A DNA stretch of 54,725 nt, from positions 1 to 54,725 of the forward strand of contig JAGORB010000001.1 in the NCBI GenBank assembly GCA_018063065.1, written 5' to 3'. The notes under the pieces are model-generated. The model was given only the letters and a program-made list of their open reading frames with translations. It was not told the DNA's origin and made no database searches. Numbering within the stretch: the first letter of the stretch is position 1; every line of letters starts with the position of its first letter. The translations under genes were made by a program, and so were the position numbers. This document shows positions 34,374 through 43,209 of the stretch, piece after piece. This DNA is from Minisyncoccota bacterium (lineage in GTDB: Bacteria > Patescibacteriota > Minisyncoccia > Phycocordibacterales > XYD1-FULL-46-19).

Positions 34374-34449
34374 TGAAATTCCAAGTTTAGGTGTCCCGTG
34401 GTTACTGAGGGACAAGTTAAAATTTTCGAGAGCCTCAAAATTTTTATGT

Positions 34450-35280
34450 ATGGAAAAACAAAAAATTAAGATTGTGGTTGAAAATACTTTCATTCACAGC
34501 GACGCTCCTCAAACTAGTCATGGTATATCTGTCTACGAACGTGTTTTCAGTAAATTAGTTAATGAGGGTAAATCTTTAGGTAAAGTACATCCTATATATT
34601 TAACCATAGACTCAAAACAAAGAATTTTAGGAATCCTCACCTTAAATAAGGGCGGAACAACATCTCTATTCCTTGAATTGCCAGGTGAAATACAATTTGA
34701 CCACATCACTTTTGTCAAAGATCTCATTAAAAATAATCACCATTTCACAAAAGTAACAACTCAGGGGAGAGAGCGAGTTTTACCACTAAATGCTGAATTG
34801 TTAAGTAATGGTATCTACCATGCATTTACGGTTTTTGTTGGTGATCCAAAATTTTTGAAGGAGGCATCTAAAAAAGTTTTTTACCCCGAAGTTGACATAA
34901 AGCACGTCCCAAGATTAGAAGACGCTTTTCTTGCTTCGGGAACAACCTATGGTTCTTCTATTATGCAAATTGGTACAGGGGAAGGTTTACTTTGTATACA
35001 GGTGTTTCTTATTCCTAAAGATGTAGATTATAGAGTGATGAATTTTTTCCTTAGGCCCCTAGAAACTTATATACCAAATCTTGATCTAAATCTTGAAAAT
35101 GGATCTTCTGAATTTAATTTAATAATCCCACATGAGTATCAGGATGATTATGTAATAGGTTTTAAAACTATTTTTCTTAAAAAACATACAAATAAACAAT
35201 TACTTGCTATTTCATCCTCTTTGCCAAATGCGCATTATTCGAAAATAGATATTGAATGGCAGAAATCAAAAAGTGAATAA
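34450..35280 (+). CDS. hypothetical protein (276 aa), low-GC gene
   Basis: A long ORF in a markedly AT-rich segment. I recognised no family. Confidence 0.6.
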   Translation: MEKQKIKIVVENTFIHSDAPQTSHGISVYERVFSKLVNEGKSLGKVHPIYLTIDSKQRILGILTLNKGGTTSLFLELPGEIQFDHITFVKDLIKNNHHFTKVTTQGRERVLPLNAELLSNGIYHAFTVFVGDPKFLKEASKKVFYPEVDIKHVPRLEDAFLASGTTYGSSIMQIGTGEGLLCIQVFLIPKDVDYRVMNFFLRPLETYIPNLDLNLENGSSEFNLIIPHEYQDDYVIGFKTIFLKKHTNKQLLAISSSLPNAHYSKIDIEWQKSKSE

Positions 35281-35418
35281 ATAATAGCTTTCACGATACG
35301 TAAAATGATATAATCCATTACTATCGGAGGATATTATGGGGTTTGATAGATAAAACTACGAAACCGAACAGGCCAACACTTCGACTCGCTTCGCTCGCTC
35401 AGTGTCGAGGGATGATTT

Positions 35419-35703
35419 ATGTATTTTCTTTATATTTTGGAATGTGAAGATGGTTCTCTGTATACCGGCATAACTACTGATGTTGCCCGTAGGTTTAACG
35501 AGCATGTCATCGGGAAGGGAGGGCATTATACGAGTTCACAGAAAGTGAAGAAAATTGTTTACACAGAAGATTATCCTGATCGTTCTTCAGCATTAAAACG
35601 TGAAGCTCAAATTAAAGGTTGGAAGAGGGAGAAAAAATTAAGTCTTATTAATGGGCTTAGGTTCGAAAATGGTATAATATTCATCAATGCAAAATCAAGA
35701 TAA
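35419..35703 (+). CDS. GIY-YIG nuclease superfamily protein (YhbQ-like)
   Basis: 94 aa. YFLYILECEDGSLYTGITTDVARRFNEH plus REAQIKGW match the GIY-YIG / URI core. Confidence 0.8.
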   Translation: MYFLYILECEDGSLYTGITTDVARRFNEHVIGKGGHYTSSQKVKKIVYTEDYPDRSSALKREAQIKGWKREKKLSLINGLRFENGIIFINAKSR

Positions 35704-36592
35704 ATACAATAAGCAGTGGTTGGAGGATAGAGCCATAAACTCTATTAATCCTATTGCTCCCCATACGTGGGATTATTCTGATTCGTTACTTTTATACATA
35801 GATTCTGGTGTAGAAAAATATGAATCAATACAATCAACCGACACTACTTATTTTAAGCTTGTAACCAAGCCAGAACGAGAGTATTTATTATCCATAGCAA
35901 AAAGTGTAGTTGATTTGTTGCCCTCGCATTTTGAATATATTGATCTTGGCCCCGGCACTGAACACAAAGAACAATTCTTTTTTGATCAACTTAAAGAACA
36001 AGGAAAAACTTTTACCTACATTCCCGTTGACATTAGTAAATATTATTTGGAGCTAGCAGAGAAGCATGCTCTAAATCAGGGAATTCCAACTCATCCACTC
36101 CGGGCATCTTTTGAGGAATTGCCTGAACTACTTGGCGAGGCTAAAGTTCCTCGATTTGTAAATATTGGACTTACTTTTTCTAACTATCATCCCCAAGTGA
36201 TCCTAGATTTATTAAAAAAGATTGCCGGTAAGAATAGTTACTTTTTTATAAATTCTCAAATGAGAGATAGGGTAGATATGGTAGCTCTTCATAAAGTGTA
36301 TGGTGAAGATCAGCGAACTATGACAGATGATAAATTAAAATTAGTGGGGTTAAACCCAGAGACAGATATTGCTCAAAGAGACTCGGATAGTGAGTTAAGG
36401 GTGTGGTGTGAAATTGTAAATCCTTCTGAAAAGCTAAAAGAAAAAGGAGTGGTTGCCGGAGATAAGATTCTTGTATTCCAGTCCCTTAGATATTTACCCG
36501 AACAATTAGAGGAAGAGATAAAAAAAGTTTCTAAGTTCTACGAATTATTTGATACAGGATCGTCTTTTATTGCAGGCTTAATTAAAGTTTAA
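35687..36592 (+). CDS. SAM-dependent methyltransferase, EgtD/Methyltransf_33-like
   Basis: 301 aa. YIDLGPGTEHKEQFFFDQL..YIPVDIS aligns by eye with EgtD LVELGSGTSEKTRMLL..FIPFDVD. A later GLTFSNYHP matches GSTIGNL. It overlaps the GIY-YIG gene by 17 nt. Confidence 0.6.
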   Translation: MQNQDKYNKQWLEDRAINSINPIAPHTWDYSDSLLLYIDSGVEKYESIQSTDTTYFKLVTKPEREYLLSIAKSVVDLLPSHFEYIDLGPGTEHKEQFFFDQLKEQGKTFTYIPVDISKYYLELAEKHALNQGIPTHPLRASFEELPELLGEAKVPRFVNIGLTFSNYHPQVILDLLKKIAGKNSYFFINSQMRDRVDMVALHKVYGEDQRTMTDDKLKLVGLNPETDIAQRDSDSELRVWCEIVNPSEKLKEKGVVAGDKILVFQSLRYLPEQLEEEIKKVSKFYELFDTGSSFIAGLIKV

Positions 36593-36652
36593 ATTATTAA
36601 CGCTAGAAGGACCCGAACGTCGAAGATATTGATATTAAAATAATAAAAATCT

Positions 36653-37150
36653 ATGGACGAATATTTAGACTTAGTTGACGCACAAGATCAGGTTATTGGT
36701 AAGAAGCTTCGCTCAGAAATACAAGCGGAGAATTTACACAATTTCCGCGTGATCAATGCCTTCATTGTAAATTCTAAGGGTGAGCTGTGGATACCGCGCC
36801 GGACGGCTACTAAGCGTATCTTCCCCCTCGCTTTCGATATGAGTGTGGGCGGGCATGTGGAGAGTGGTGAGTCATATGACGATACCTTTAAACGAGAGAC
36901 GATGGAAGAGTTAAATATAAATGTGGACCAAGTGAAGTATCGTTTATTGGGTAAGCTTACTCCTGAAGATGGTGTATCTTCATACATGCAAGTTTATGAA
37001 ATATCTTTAGATGAGGCACCCAATTACAATCCTGATGACTTTGTAGAATACTTTTGGCTTACTCCTGCTGAAGTGCTAAAGCGGATAGAAGAAGGGGAGA
37101 AGACTAAGACAGATTTACCTACACTCATAAAGAAGTTTTACAATACTTGA
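36653..37150 (+). CDS. Nudix hydrolase (isopentenyl-diphosphate isomerase-like)
   Basis: 165 aa. The Nudix box is GGHVESGESYDDTFKRETMEELNI. The N-terminal layout (LDLVDAQDQVIG..H..RVINAFIVNSKGELWIPRR) resembles type-1 IDI. Confidence 0.8.
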   Translation: MDEYLDLVDAQDQVIGKKLRSEIQAENLHNFRVINAFIVNSKGELWIPRRTATKRIFPLAFDMSVGGHVESGESYDDTFKRETMEELNINVDQVKYRLLGKLTPEDGVSSYMQVYEISLDEAPNYNPDDFVEYFWLTPAEVLKRIEEGEKTKTDLPTLIKKFYNT

Positions 37151-37205
37151 TAATTTTTGGGCTGTATGGTATAGTTGAAAGTAAGTAAAAATTCATACAA
37201 TATAT

Positions 37206-37595
37206 ATGGCTCATTTCTCTAAAGATCGTTCCTCACGGCCCTCGTTTGGCAAGAAGCCCTTTGGTAGCAAGGGTGGCTTTAGTCATGGCCCTAAGCAGAT
37301 GTTTAAGGCTACTTGTTCCGCTTGTGGCAACTCTTGTGAGGTGCCCTTCCGTCCTAATGGGAGCAAGCCCGTTCATTGCAATGACTGCTTTGTAAGAGAT
37401 GACTCTCCACGCGCTCCTCGCCGTGACTTTGCCCCTCGTCCGTCATTCCATAATGATCGCCCAGCTCCGCGCCCCGACCAAGCCTTCAATGATTTAAAGG
37501 CTGAGCTCCGTGGTGTTAATGACAAGCTTGAGCGCTTGATTGCTCTGATGACCCCCGCTCCCAAAGCGACTAAGACTTCAAAGAAGACTTCTTAA
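37206..37595 (+). CDS. CxxC-x17-CxxC domain protein
   Basis: 129 aa. CSAC-(17 aa)-CNDC is flanked by basic, disordered R/P/S-rich sequence. Confidence 0.7.
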   Translation: MAHFSKDRSSRPSFGKKPFGSKGGFSHGPKQMFKATCSACGNSCEVPFRPNGSKPVHCNDCFVRDDSPRAPRRDFAPRPSFHNDRPAPRPDQAFNDLKAELRGVNDKLERLIALMTPAPKATKTSKKTS

Positions 37596-37726
37596 ATTTA
37601 AAAAAATTAAAGTATTTACTTTTTAATTTATCGTGTTATTATTGTGGCAGATGACTATGGCGGTAAGTTCCGTCCTCTAGTCTTGAAAACAAGCCACTAC
37701 CAAGTGGCGATACATGGGAGATTCCT

Positions 37727-38371
37727 ATGATCATCAGTCCAGTCATAATGCCAACTACGGGCGGGCAGGCTGCTCACGTACTTAGAATCATGGATGAGAA
37801 AGGTATGCATCGCGACGCCCTCTCAATTCTTGTAAATGGCGGGTTGCTCGCTGATTTCTTTGAAGCGGCAGCCCAAGGTAGCGGTATTCAAGTATCTCGC
37901 GATGATTTTCGGATGTTTTGCGGGCTCTTGCCTACAAAATTTCCCACCCCAGTCGATTACGATATTTCCATTGAAGATTTATATCTTTTGAGTGGATTCC
38001 GGGGAGGAAGTGGAATACCAGAACAACTTCCATTTTTTGACACTTTTCTAAATGAAGAGCAGAGGGGTGTTATCGAAAGGACTTTTGTTCTTGTTCCTGT
38101 TGATCCAAAGCTAGAGAATCAGGGAGATCGTCTCCGTCGTAGGCTCTACAAAGACAACCTTGAGCCGGCTGATGGACGTGAACTACTCGCGTTCGGTATA
38201 AAATGGCCGCAGGCAATGAGTCGCCATTTCGTGGTGGCCCTGTGTCCTGAAGATCGTGACGGGGAAAATCTTCGCATGACCGATGGGCAGAGTGGAATGG
38301 TTGTTTATGCGTGTATTAACCGCGATATTTCTACATATTGCCATCTTTTGGCAATAAAGAAAACCACATAG
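37727..38371 (+). CDS. hypothetical protein (214 aa)
   Basis: SD GGGAG precedes the ATG. I recognised no family. A bidirectional terminator lies at about 38385-38420. Confidence 0.6.
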   Translation: MIISPVIMPTTGGQAAHVLRIMDEKGMHRDALSILVNGGLLADFFEAAAQGSGIQVSRDDFRMFCGLLPTKFPTPVDYDISIEDLYLLSGFRGGSGIPEQLPFFDTFLNEEQRGVIERTFVLVPVDPKLENQGDRLRRRLYKDNLEPADGRELLAFGIKWPQAMSRHFVVALCPEDRDGENLRMTDGQSGMVVYACINRDISTYCHLLAIKKTT

Positions 38372-38444
38372 GAAATTTCTAAACTGAAAGCGCACCGCCG
38401 ATAAAGGGGTGCGCTTTTTCTCATCTTATTTTAATAAAATTATT

Positions 38445-38846
38445 TTAAATCTCTCTAACGCTCGTTACGCTAATGATGCCGGTGATGGGGTAGCGTTGCC
38501 ACCAATTGCTGCTAAGTTGCTCTACTGGTATCAATAATCCTTCCACTTCAATCATCGTCTCGGTGGGGAAGTTGATTGGGCCCGATGATAAGAGTTGAGT
38601 ATCGAGGCCATAATAAGTATTTTCTGAATCCACCTTCAAGCCGAAGGCACACTCCATAGTCTGGGGCCCGGTGATATCAGTGTGTGGCAAGCAGACCCAG
38701 GTGCCCTGCTTGGTTACGCGCACCGGCACATTGGTGGTGGGCGAGGGGGTAATGGGCTCGGGCGTGGCGGCAGGAGTGATAAAGGCGGCCGCTAAGAGGA
38801 GGATCAGCACGCCGACCACGATTACGCCCAAATAAATTTTATTCAT
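38445..38846 (-). CDS. hypothetical membrane-anchored protein (133 aa)
   Basis: The in-frame ATG at 38846 gives MNKIYLGVIVVGVLILLLAAAFI (signal/anchor). The track start is a TTG 27 nt upstream. Confidence 0.6.
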   Translation of the reverse strand: MNKIYLGVIVVGVLILLLAAAFITPAATPEPITPSPTTNVPVRVTKQGTWVCLPHTDITGPQTMECAFGLKVDSENTYYGLDTQLLSSGPINFPTETMIEVEGLLIPVEQLSSNWWQRYPITGIISVTSVREI

Positions 38847-39006
38847 CTTCACATTATAACGCTTTGTGACCAAGGTTAGTACTCAATACTTTAAATAATT
38901 GTCAAAAATAAGGTTTTTTAAATTTTTCATTGCCAAGTGTCTTTTCTACTGGTTTAAGGTTTTTAGATCTTGCGTCTTGGGTAGAGGAGGGTTATAACTT
39001 GGAGGT

Positions 39007-39693
39007 ATGGCCAAATTTAATAAAAAGGATACCATTGCTGAGTTTCAAAAGTTTACCTCCCTTGTGTACGGTTTACCGGACGATCGGCAGTATTCTATTT
39101 GGGATATGTTGACCCAACAACAGCGTTTTACCATGAGAGCCTTGAAGGGTATTCGCAAAGAGAATGTGGCAACTGTGAGGAATAATATTTGTATCTCTTT
39201 TGCTTGGCTGATGGGTATAGCTAATCGTCTTCATATAAATATTGAGGACGAGGTTTGGAATCGTTTTCCTTACGTCTGCTCTTATTGCGGCAAGGCCCCT
39301 TGTGCTTGTAAGGCCACTAAATTTGGAAAGAGAGCTGTAGTAAAAATAGATAATCATAAACGCCCTCATAGCTTAGGGGCTTTCCAAAAAATGTTTGAGG
39401 AGGTTTATCCATCAAAAAATCGTACCGCCTTTCAGGCTGGAGTTCATTTAGCAGAGGAGATGGGAGAGGTAAGCGAAGCAGTTCATAATTATCTTGGTCA
39501 ACATTTACAAAAGCAATTTATAGAAGTTAAGCTAGAATTAGCTGATCTAGTGTCTTGTATCTTTGGAGTTGTAAATTCATTAAATATCGATCTGGCTAAG
39601 GAATTGGAAATAATGTTTAAAGATAATTGTCACATCTGTCATAAGGTACCCTGTGAGTGTACCTTCTCTCAAGTAGCGAGTCTTAGAAGCTAA
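39007..39693 (+). CDS. MazG-like nucleotide pyrophosphohydrolase-fold protein, tandem two-half architecture with Cys knuckles
   Basis: 228 aa. The C-terminal half carries LAEEMGEVSEA..ELADLVSCIF (MazG EExxE..D signature). Each half ends in CxxC-x4-CxC (CSYCGKAPCAC; CHICHKVPCEC). Confidence 0.6.
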   Translation: MAKFNKKDTIAEFQKFTSLVYGLPDDRQYSIWDMLTQQQRFTMRALKGIRKENVATVRNNICISFAWLMGIANRLHINIEDEVWNRFPYVCSYCGKAPCACKATKFGKRAVVKIDNHKRPHSLGAFQKMFEEVYPSKNRTAFQAGVHLAEEMGEVSEAVHNYLGQHLQKQFIEVKLELADLVSCIFGVVNSLNIDLAKELEIMFKDNCHICHKVPCECTFSQVASLRS

Positions 39694-39702
39694 GTTTGAT
39701 CT

Positions 39703-39731
39703 TTGACATTACGGGGAGAGCAAGGTACACT
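39703..39731 (+). promoter_or_regulatory. putative sigma-70-type promoter of cspA
   Basis: TTGACA-N17-TACACT, leaving a ~65-nt 5' UTR as is typical for cold-shock genes. Confidence 0.5.
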
Positions 39732-39802
39732 AAGCAGGTGCCAAGTTGGAAACGGACGCAGAGTCGACTTTTCAATACATTAGTTAAACAATCAATAATC
39801 AC

Positions 39803-40000
39803 ATGACCGGAACAATTAAGACTCTTACACCTAAGGGATTTGGATTCATTTCTCGCGAGGGTGAGAGCAAGGATCTCTTCTTCCACTCTAAGGAGTTACA
39901 AGGCGTTACCTATGACGAGCTTCGTGAGGGAGATACGCTCTCCTTCGAGGTAGTTAATGGTGACAAGGGCCCTGCTGCCACCAACGTTACGCGCGCGTAA
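39803..40000 (+). CDS. cspA: cold-shock protein (CSD)
   Basis: 65 aa. KGFGFI (RNP1) and LFFHS (RNP2-like) motifs. Confidence 0.93.
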   Translation: MTGTIKTLTPKGFGFISREGESKDLFFHSKELQGVTYDELREGDTLSFEVVNGDKGPAATNVTRA

Positions 40001-40010
40001 GCCGCTAATC

Positions 40011-40050
40011 AAAAAATCGTCCTTCGCTTAACAGCTCGGGGCGATTTTTT
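40011..40050. terminator. bidirectional intrinsic terminator
   Basis: AAAAAATCG(T)CC..GG(G)GCGATTTTTT between the convergent cspA and the oxidoreductase gene. Confidence 0.65.
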
Positions 40051-40055
40051 GTTGT

Positions 40056-41306
40056 TTAATTTCTGACGGAATTGCCGGCGACGAAGCCGGTGGTCCAGCA
40101 GAGTTGGAGGGAGTAGCCGCCGGAGGGGCGGTCAATATTTAAGATGTCGCCAATCAGGTAGAGGTTGGAGTACAAGCGGGAGGTCATAGTTTTGAAGTCT
40201 ACCTCTGACAAGCTTACGCCACCACTGGTGATAATCGCCTTCTCGGCACCCAACAGCTTGTCTACCTCCAGAGGAATATTTTTAAGAACATTAACCAAGC
40301 GCAAGCGTTCTTCACGCTTGACACTGTTACACTTCACTTCTTCTTCAATCTTGGCTAACTCTAAAATAGTAGGGACTAAAGCGCTGGGGATAAGCGTACC
40401 TAAAGCATTCTTTAAATTCTTTTTATCATGCTCTTTAAATAATTTTTGAAGCGAGGCGTTTAAAACGGCGTAATCTTGAGCCGGTAATAAATCAAGACTA
40501 ATTATAACTTCCCCATATTTTAAAAGTTCCCCCACATCTTTACTCATGTTTAAAACGGTTGGGCCGCTGATACCAAAATGGGTAAAAAGGATTTTACCTT
40601 TAGATACCGTTTGCTTAACCTCATTTTGCAGTAAGGTCAGCTTAATATTATTTAAACTCACGCCGGCCAACTTCTTAACCCACTCGTTTTTAAGCGTAAT
40701 TGGCACCAAGGAGGGCGCCGGCAGGGTAATAGTGTGTCCCAAACTTTTAAGCCACTTATAACCGTCACCAGTCGAGCCGGTCTCAGGGCGCGAGGTGCCG
40801 CCCGTGGCGATAATCACATTTTTACCTTCAATTACTTTCTTATTTTTTAATCTTACGCCGGTTATTACTTCACTATTTTTAATAATCTCTACTACCTCGC
40901 TGTTAGATTTAACAGTAACCTTGTTTTTAGTTAAATATTTAACCAACACCTCCCACACCGATTGCGCCGAGTTGGAGACGGGGAAGGTCCGGAGCTCATT
41001 CTCTACCTTGGTGGGCATGCCGGCAGTGTGGAAGAAGTGGAGCGTCTCCTTGACCGCCCATTGCGAGAAGGCCGAGAAGAGGAACTTGTCACTATCTTTA
41101 AACTTGGCCAAGAGTTTGCGCGTATCAAATTCTGAATTGGTCACATTGCACCGGCCGCCGCCGGTGATGAGCAACTTCTTACCCAGAGAATTATTCTTCT
41201 CTAACAACACAACTTTCAAGCCGCGCTCGGCGGCCCGGCCGGCCGCCATCATGCCGGCCGGGCCGCCTCCCACTACAATTACGTCCCAAACAATTTCCTC
41301 CGCCAT
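40056..41306 (-). CDS. NAD(P)/FAD-dependent oxidoreductase, HI0933/YhiN (BaiN-like) family
   Basis: 416 aa. DVIVVGGGPAGMMAAGRAAERG..LLEKN..LGKKLLITGGGRCNVTN. Confidence 0.88.
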   Translation of the reverse strand: MAEEIVWDVIVVGGGPAGMMAAGRAAERGLKVVLLEKNNSLGKKLLITGGGRCNVTNSEFDTRKLLAKFKDSDKFLFSAFSQWAVKETLHFFHTAGMPTKVENELRTFPVSNSAQSVWEVLVKYLTKNKVTVKSNSEVVEIIKNSEVITGVRLKNKKVIEGKNVIIATGGTSRPETGSTGDGYKWLKSLGHTITLPAPSLVPITLKNEWVKKLAGVSLNNIKLTLLQNEVKQTVSKGKILFTHFGISGPTVLNMSKDVGELLKYGEVIISLDLLPAQDYAVLNASLQKLFKEHDKKNLKNALGTLIPSALVPTILELAKIEEEVKCNSVKREERLRLVNVLKNIPLEVDKLLGAEKAIITSGGVSLSEVDFKTMTSRLYSNLYLIGDILNIDRPSGGYSLQLCWTTGFVAGNSVRN

Positions 41307-41313
41307 TTATTTT

Positions 41314-41544
41314 TTAACCCCGCAATTGATTGGGGAGCCAATCCATAATCTTCTTCCGGTGCAGGTCCAAGGACCAAGAATCACCTTCTTTAAAGAGGCT
41401 CGCATGCTCCTCCTTGTACTTTTTAAGCAGAGGTAAAGTGGCTTTAGGGAAGCTGCCTGGGATAGTGCTGTTATAAGCCTGTAAAAAGGTGGCAAGGGTC
41501 ACCACATTCTCACTAGGGTTAGGAATTTTAGGTTTTGTGGCCAT
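41314..41544 (-). CDS. hypothetical protein (76 aa)
   Basis: It sits directly upstream of, and in the same orientation as, the oxidoreductase gene. I recognised no family. Confidence 0.5.
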   Translation of the reverse strand: MATKPKIPNPSENVVTLATFLQAYNSTIPGSFPKATLPLLKKYKEEHASLFKEGDSWSLDLHRKKIMDWLPNQLRG

Positions 41545-41604
41545 TTCTCCCTATAATACCATAAATTAGTAATTAATCAATATTAATGTTAGACTCTAGA
41601 TTAC

Positions 41605-42783
41605 ATGAACACTTTCGACGGTTTGGGCTTAGCGCCCAACTTAATGGAGCAATTAACCAAACTCGGGTTTAAGAATCCGACCCCCATTCAATTACAAGCA
41701 ATTCCACCGGCCTTGGAGGGCAAGGATGTTATTGGCGTGGCTCAAACAGGCACCGGCAAGACCCTCGCCTTTGGCTTGCCGTTGTTGCAGAAGTTATCTC
41801 ATGGCCGACAGTACGGTTTAATCTTGGTACCTACGCGCGATTTGGCCCTGCAGGTGGAAGCCGAGTTAAGGAAGATTGGTGGCTCCCATTTAAAGACAGC
41901 AGTCTTGATTGGTGGCTCACCCATGGGGGCCCAAATTAGAGCGATTAAAGCCAGGCCGCAAGTGGTTATTGCCACTCCGGGGCGTTTAAATGATCACTTA
42001 CAACAGAAAACTATTTTTCTTAATTACGTTGGCTTCTTGGTTATTGATGAGGCCGATCGCATGCTCGACATGGGCTTCTGGCCACAGATTAAGAAGGTGA
42101 TTGCTGATTTACCACTTGATCGGCAAACTCTTCTTTTTTCTGCCACTTTATCTAAAGAGATTATGGAGTTGGCTAGCAAGCACATGAAGTTGCCCACCTC
42201 CATTGAAGTGGCTCCGCCCGGCACCACCGCTGATAAAGTGAGTCAGGAATTCTTAATGGTCCGGAAGGAAGATAAATTGCGCTTATTGGCCAAAGTTTTA
42301 GGCGACCGTCGTGGCTCCACCATTGTTTTTACTCGTACCAAGCACGGCGCTTCTAAAGTAATGCGCGGGGTGAGAGAGATGGGGCACACCGCCGCGGAGA
42401 TCCATTCTAATCGCTCACTTGGTCAACGGAAGGAGGCCCTAGAAGGTTTCAAAGCTGGACGTTATCGCGTACTGGTGGCCACCGACATTGCCGCTCGCGG
42501 CTTGGATGTGAAGGGGATTGAGCTGGTTGTTAATTATGATCTTCCCAGCCAGAGTGAGGATTATGTGCACCGCATTGGCCGCACCGCGAGAGCTGGCGCC
42601 GAGGGTCATGCCATCTCCTTCGCTACTCCCGACCAACGACGTGATATTAGACAGATTGAGAATTTAATCAGGAAGCAAATCCCCGTTACCAATGCGCCCG
42701 GCTTTAATGCCAACACGGTTACCCCGCAACTTACTCCGCGACCCACTCACTCTCGGCCACCCTTCCGTCGTCATTATCGCTAA
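41605..42783 (+). CDS. DEAD-box ATP-dependent RNA helicase
   Basis: 392 aa. Q-motif (PTPIQ), AQTGTGKT, PTRDLA, DEAD-type VIDEADRMLD, SAT, HRIGRTARAG. Confidence 0.95.
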   Translation: MNTFDGLGLAPNLMEQLTKLGFKNPTPIQLQAIPPALEGKDVIGVAQTGTGKTLAFGLPLLQKLSHGRQYGLILVPTRDLALQVEAELRKIGGSHLKTAVLIGGSPMGAQIRAIKARPQVVIATPGRLNDHLQQKTIFLNYVGFLVIDEADRMLDMGFWPQIKKVIADLPLDRQTLLFSATLSKEIMELASKHMKLPTSIEVAPPGTTADKVSQEFLMVRKEDKLRLLAKVLGDRRGSTIVFTRTKHGASKVMRGVREMGHTAAEIHSNRSLGQRKEALEGFKAGRYRVLVATDIAARGLDVKGIELVVNYDLPSQSEDYVHRIGRTARAGAEGHAISFATPDQRRDIRQIENLIRKQIPVTNAPGFNANTVTPQLTPRPTHSRPPFRRHYR

Positions 42784-42932
42784 AAATTAACTTGTAACAA
42801 AAGTTAATTTTTAGCGTAGATTTAAAATAAATAAAAAATAATTTAGAGAAAAATTTCGTAAGAAATTTTTTGACCACTCGTCTATAATGTTAGGTCGATA
42901 AATTATTAGTTAGGCCAAAGGTATTTTTATTT

Positions 42933-43121
42933 ATGAAGGAAAACAATAATCGCCGCGGGGGTGGCATGAGTGAGACTACTCATGCCCGCGGCCAAGGCTC
43001 GGATCAGAGTTCCAACTCTGGGAACTCGCCTAATCGTTCGGGCCATCGGGGTAATCGCGGTGACTCCTCCCATGGTCATCGTCGCGACAGCTTCGATAAC
43101 AACGGCAGTTACGACATCTAG
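42933..43121 (+). CDS. possible small disordered Gly/Arg/Ser/Asn-rich protein (62 aa)
   Basis: The ORF has a biased composition and no clear SD. Confidence 0.3.
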   Translation: MKENNNRRGGGMSETTHARGQGSDQSSNSGNSPNRSGHRGNRGDSSHGHRRDSFDNNGSYDI

Positions 43122-43169
43122 TCGCTAACGTAAGGCCAAAAATTAAATAAAATCTAGGTTAAAAGGTTC

Positions 43170-43209
43170 GCCTGCCGGGCTAGTCAAGCAATTGACTAGC
43201 CCGGCAGGC
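43170..43209. repeat. perfect 18-bp palindromic hairpin with GCAA tetraloop
   Basis: GCCTGCCGGGCTAGTCAA-gcaa-TTGACTAGCCCGGCAGGC. Its apex shares the GTCA..TTGAC core of the cassette hairpins at 22.8-26.4 kb. Confidence 0.9.

Noticed and set aside
34136-37200. Classical integrase-mediated genomic island in tRNA-Gln
   Set aside because: No integrase or recombinase gene is present. The duplicated tRNA segment is the 5' part, with only ~70 bp between copies. I found no matching 3' tRNA fragment at the far end of the low-GC segment (about 37150-37205). It is reported only as a rearranged tRNA plus an AT-rich islet.
37596-37726. Possible small RNA in the AT-rich spacer containing the hairpin GCCACT-acca-AGTGGC
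   Set aside because: There is only one short 6-bp hairpin and no promoter/terminator pair or repeat support. The evidence is insufficient.
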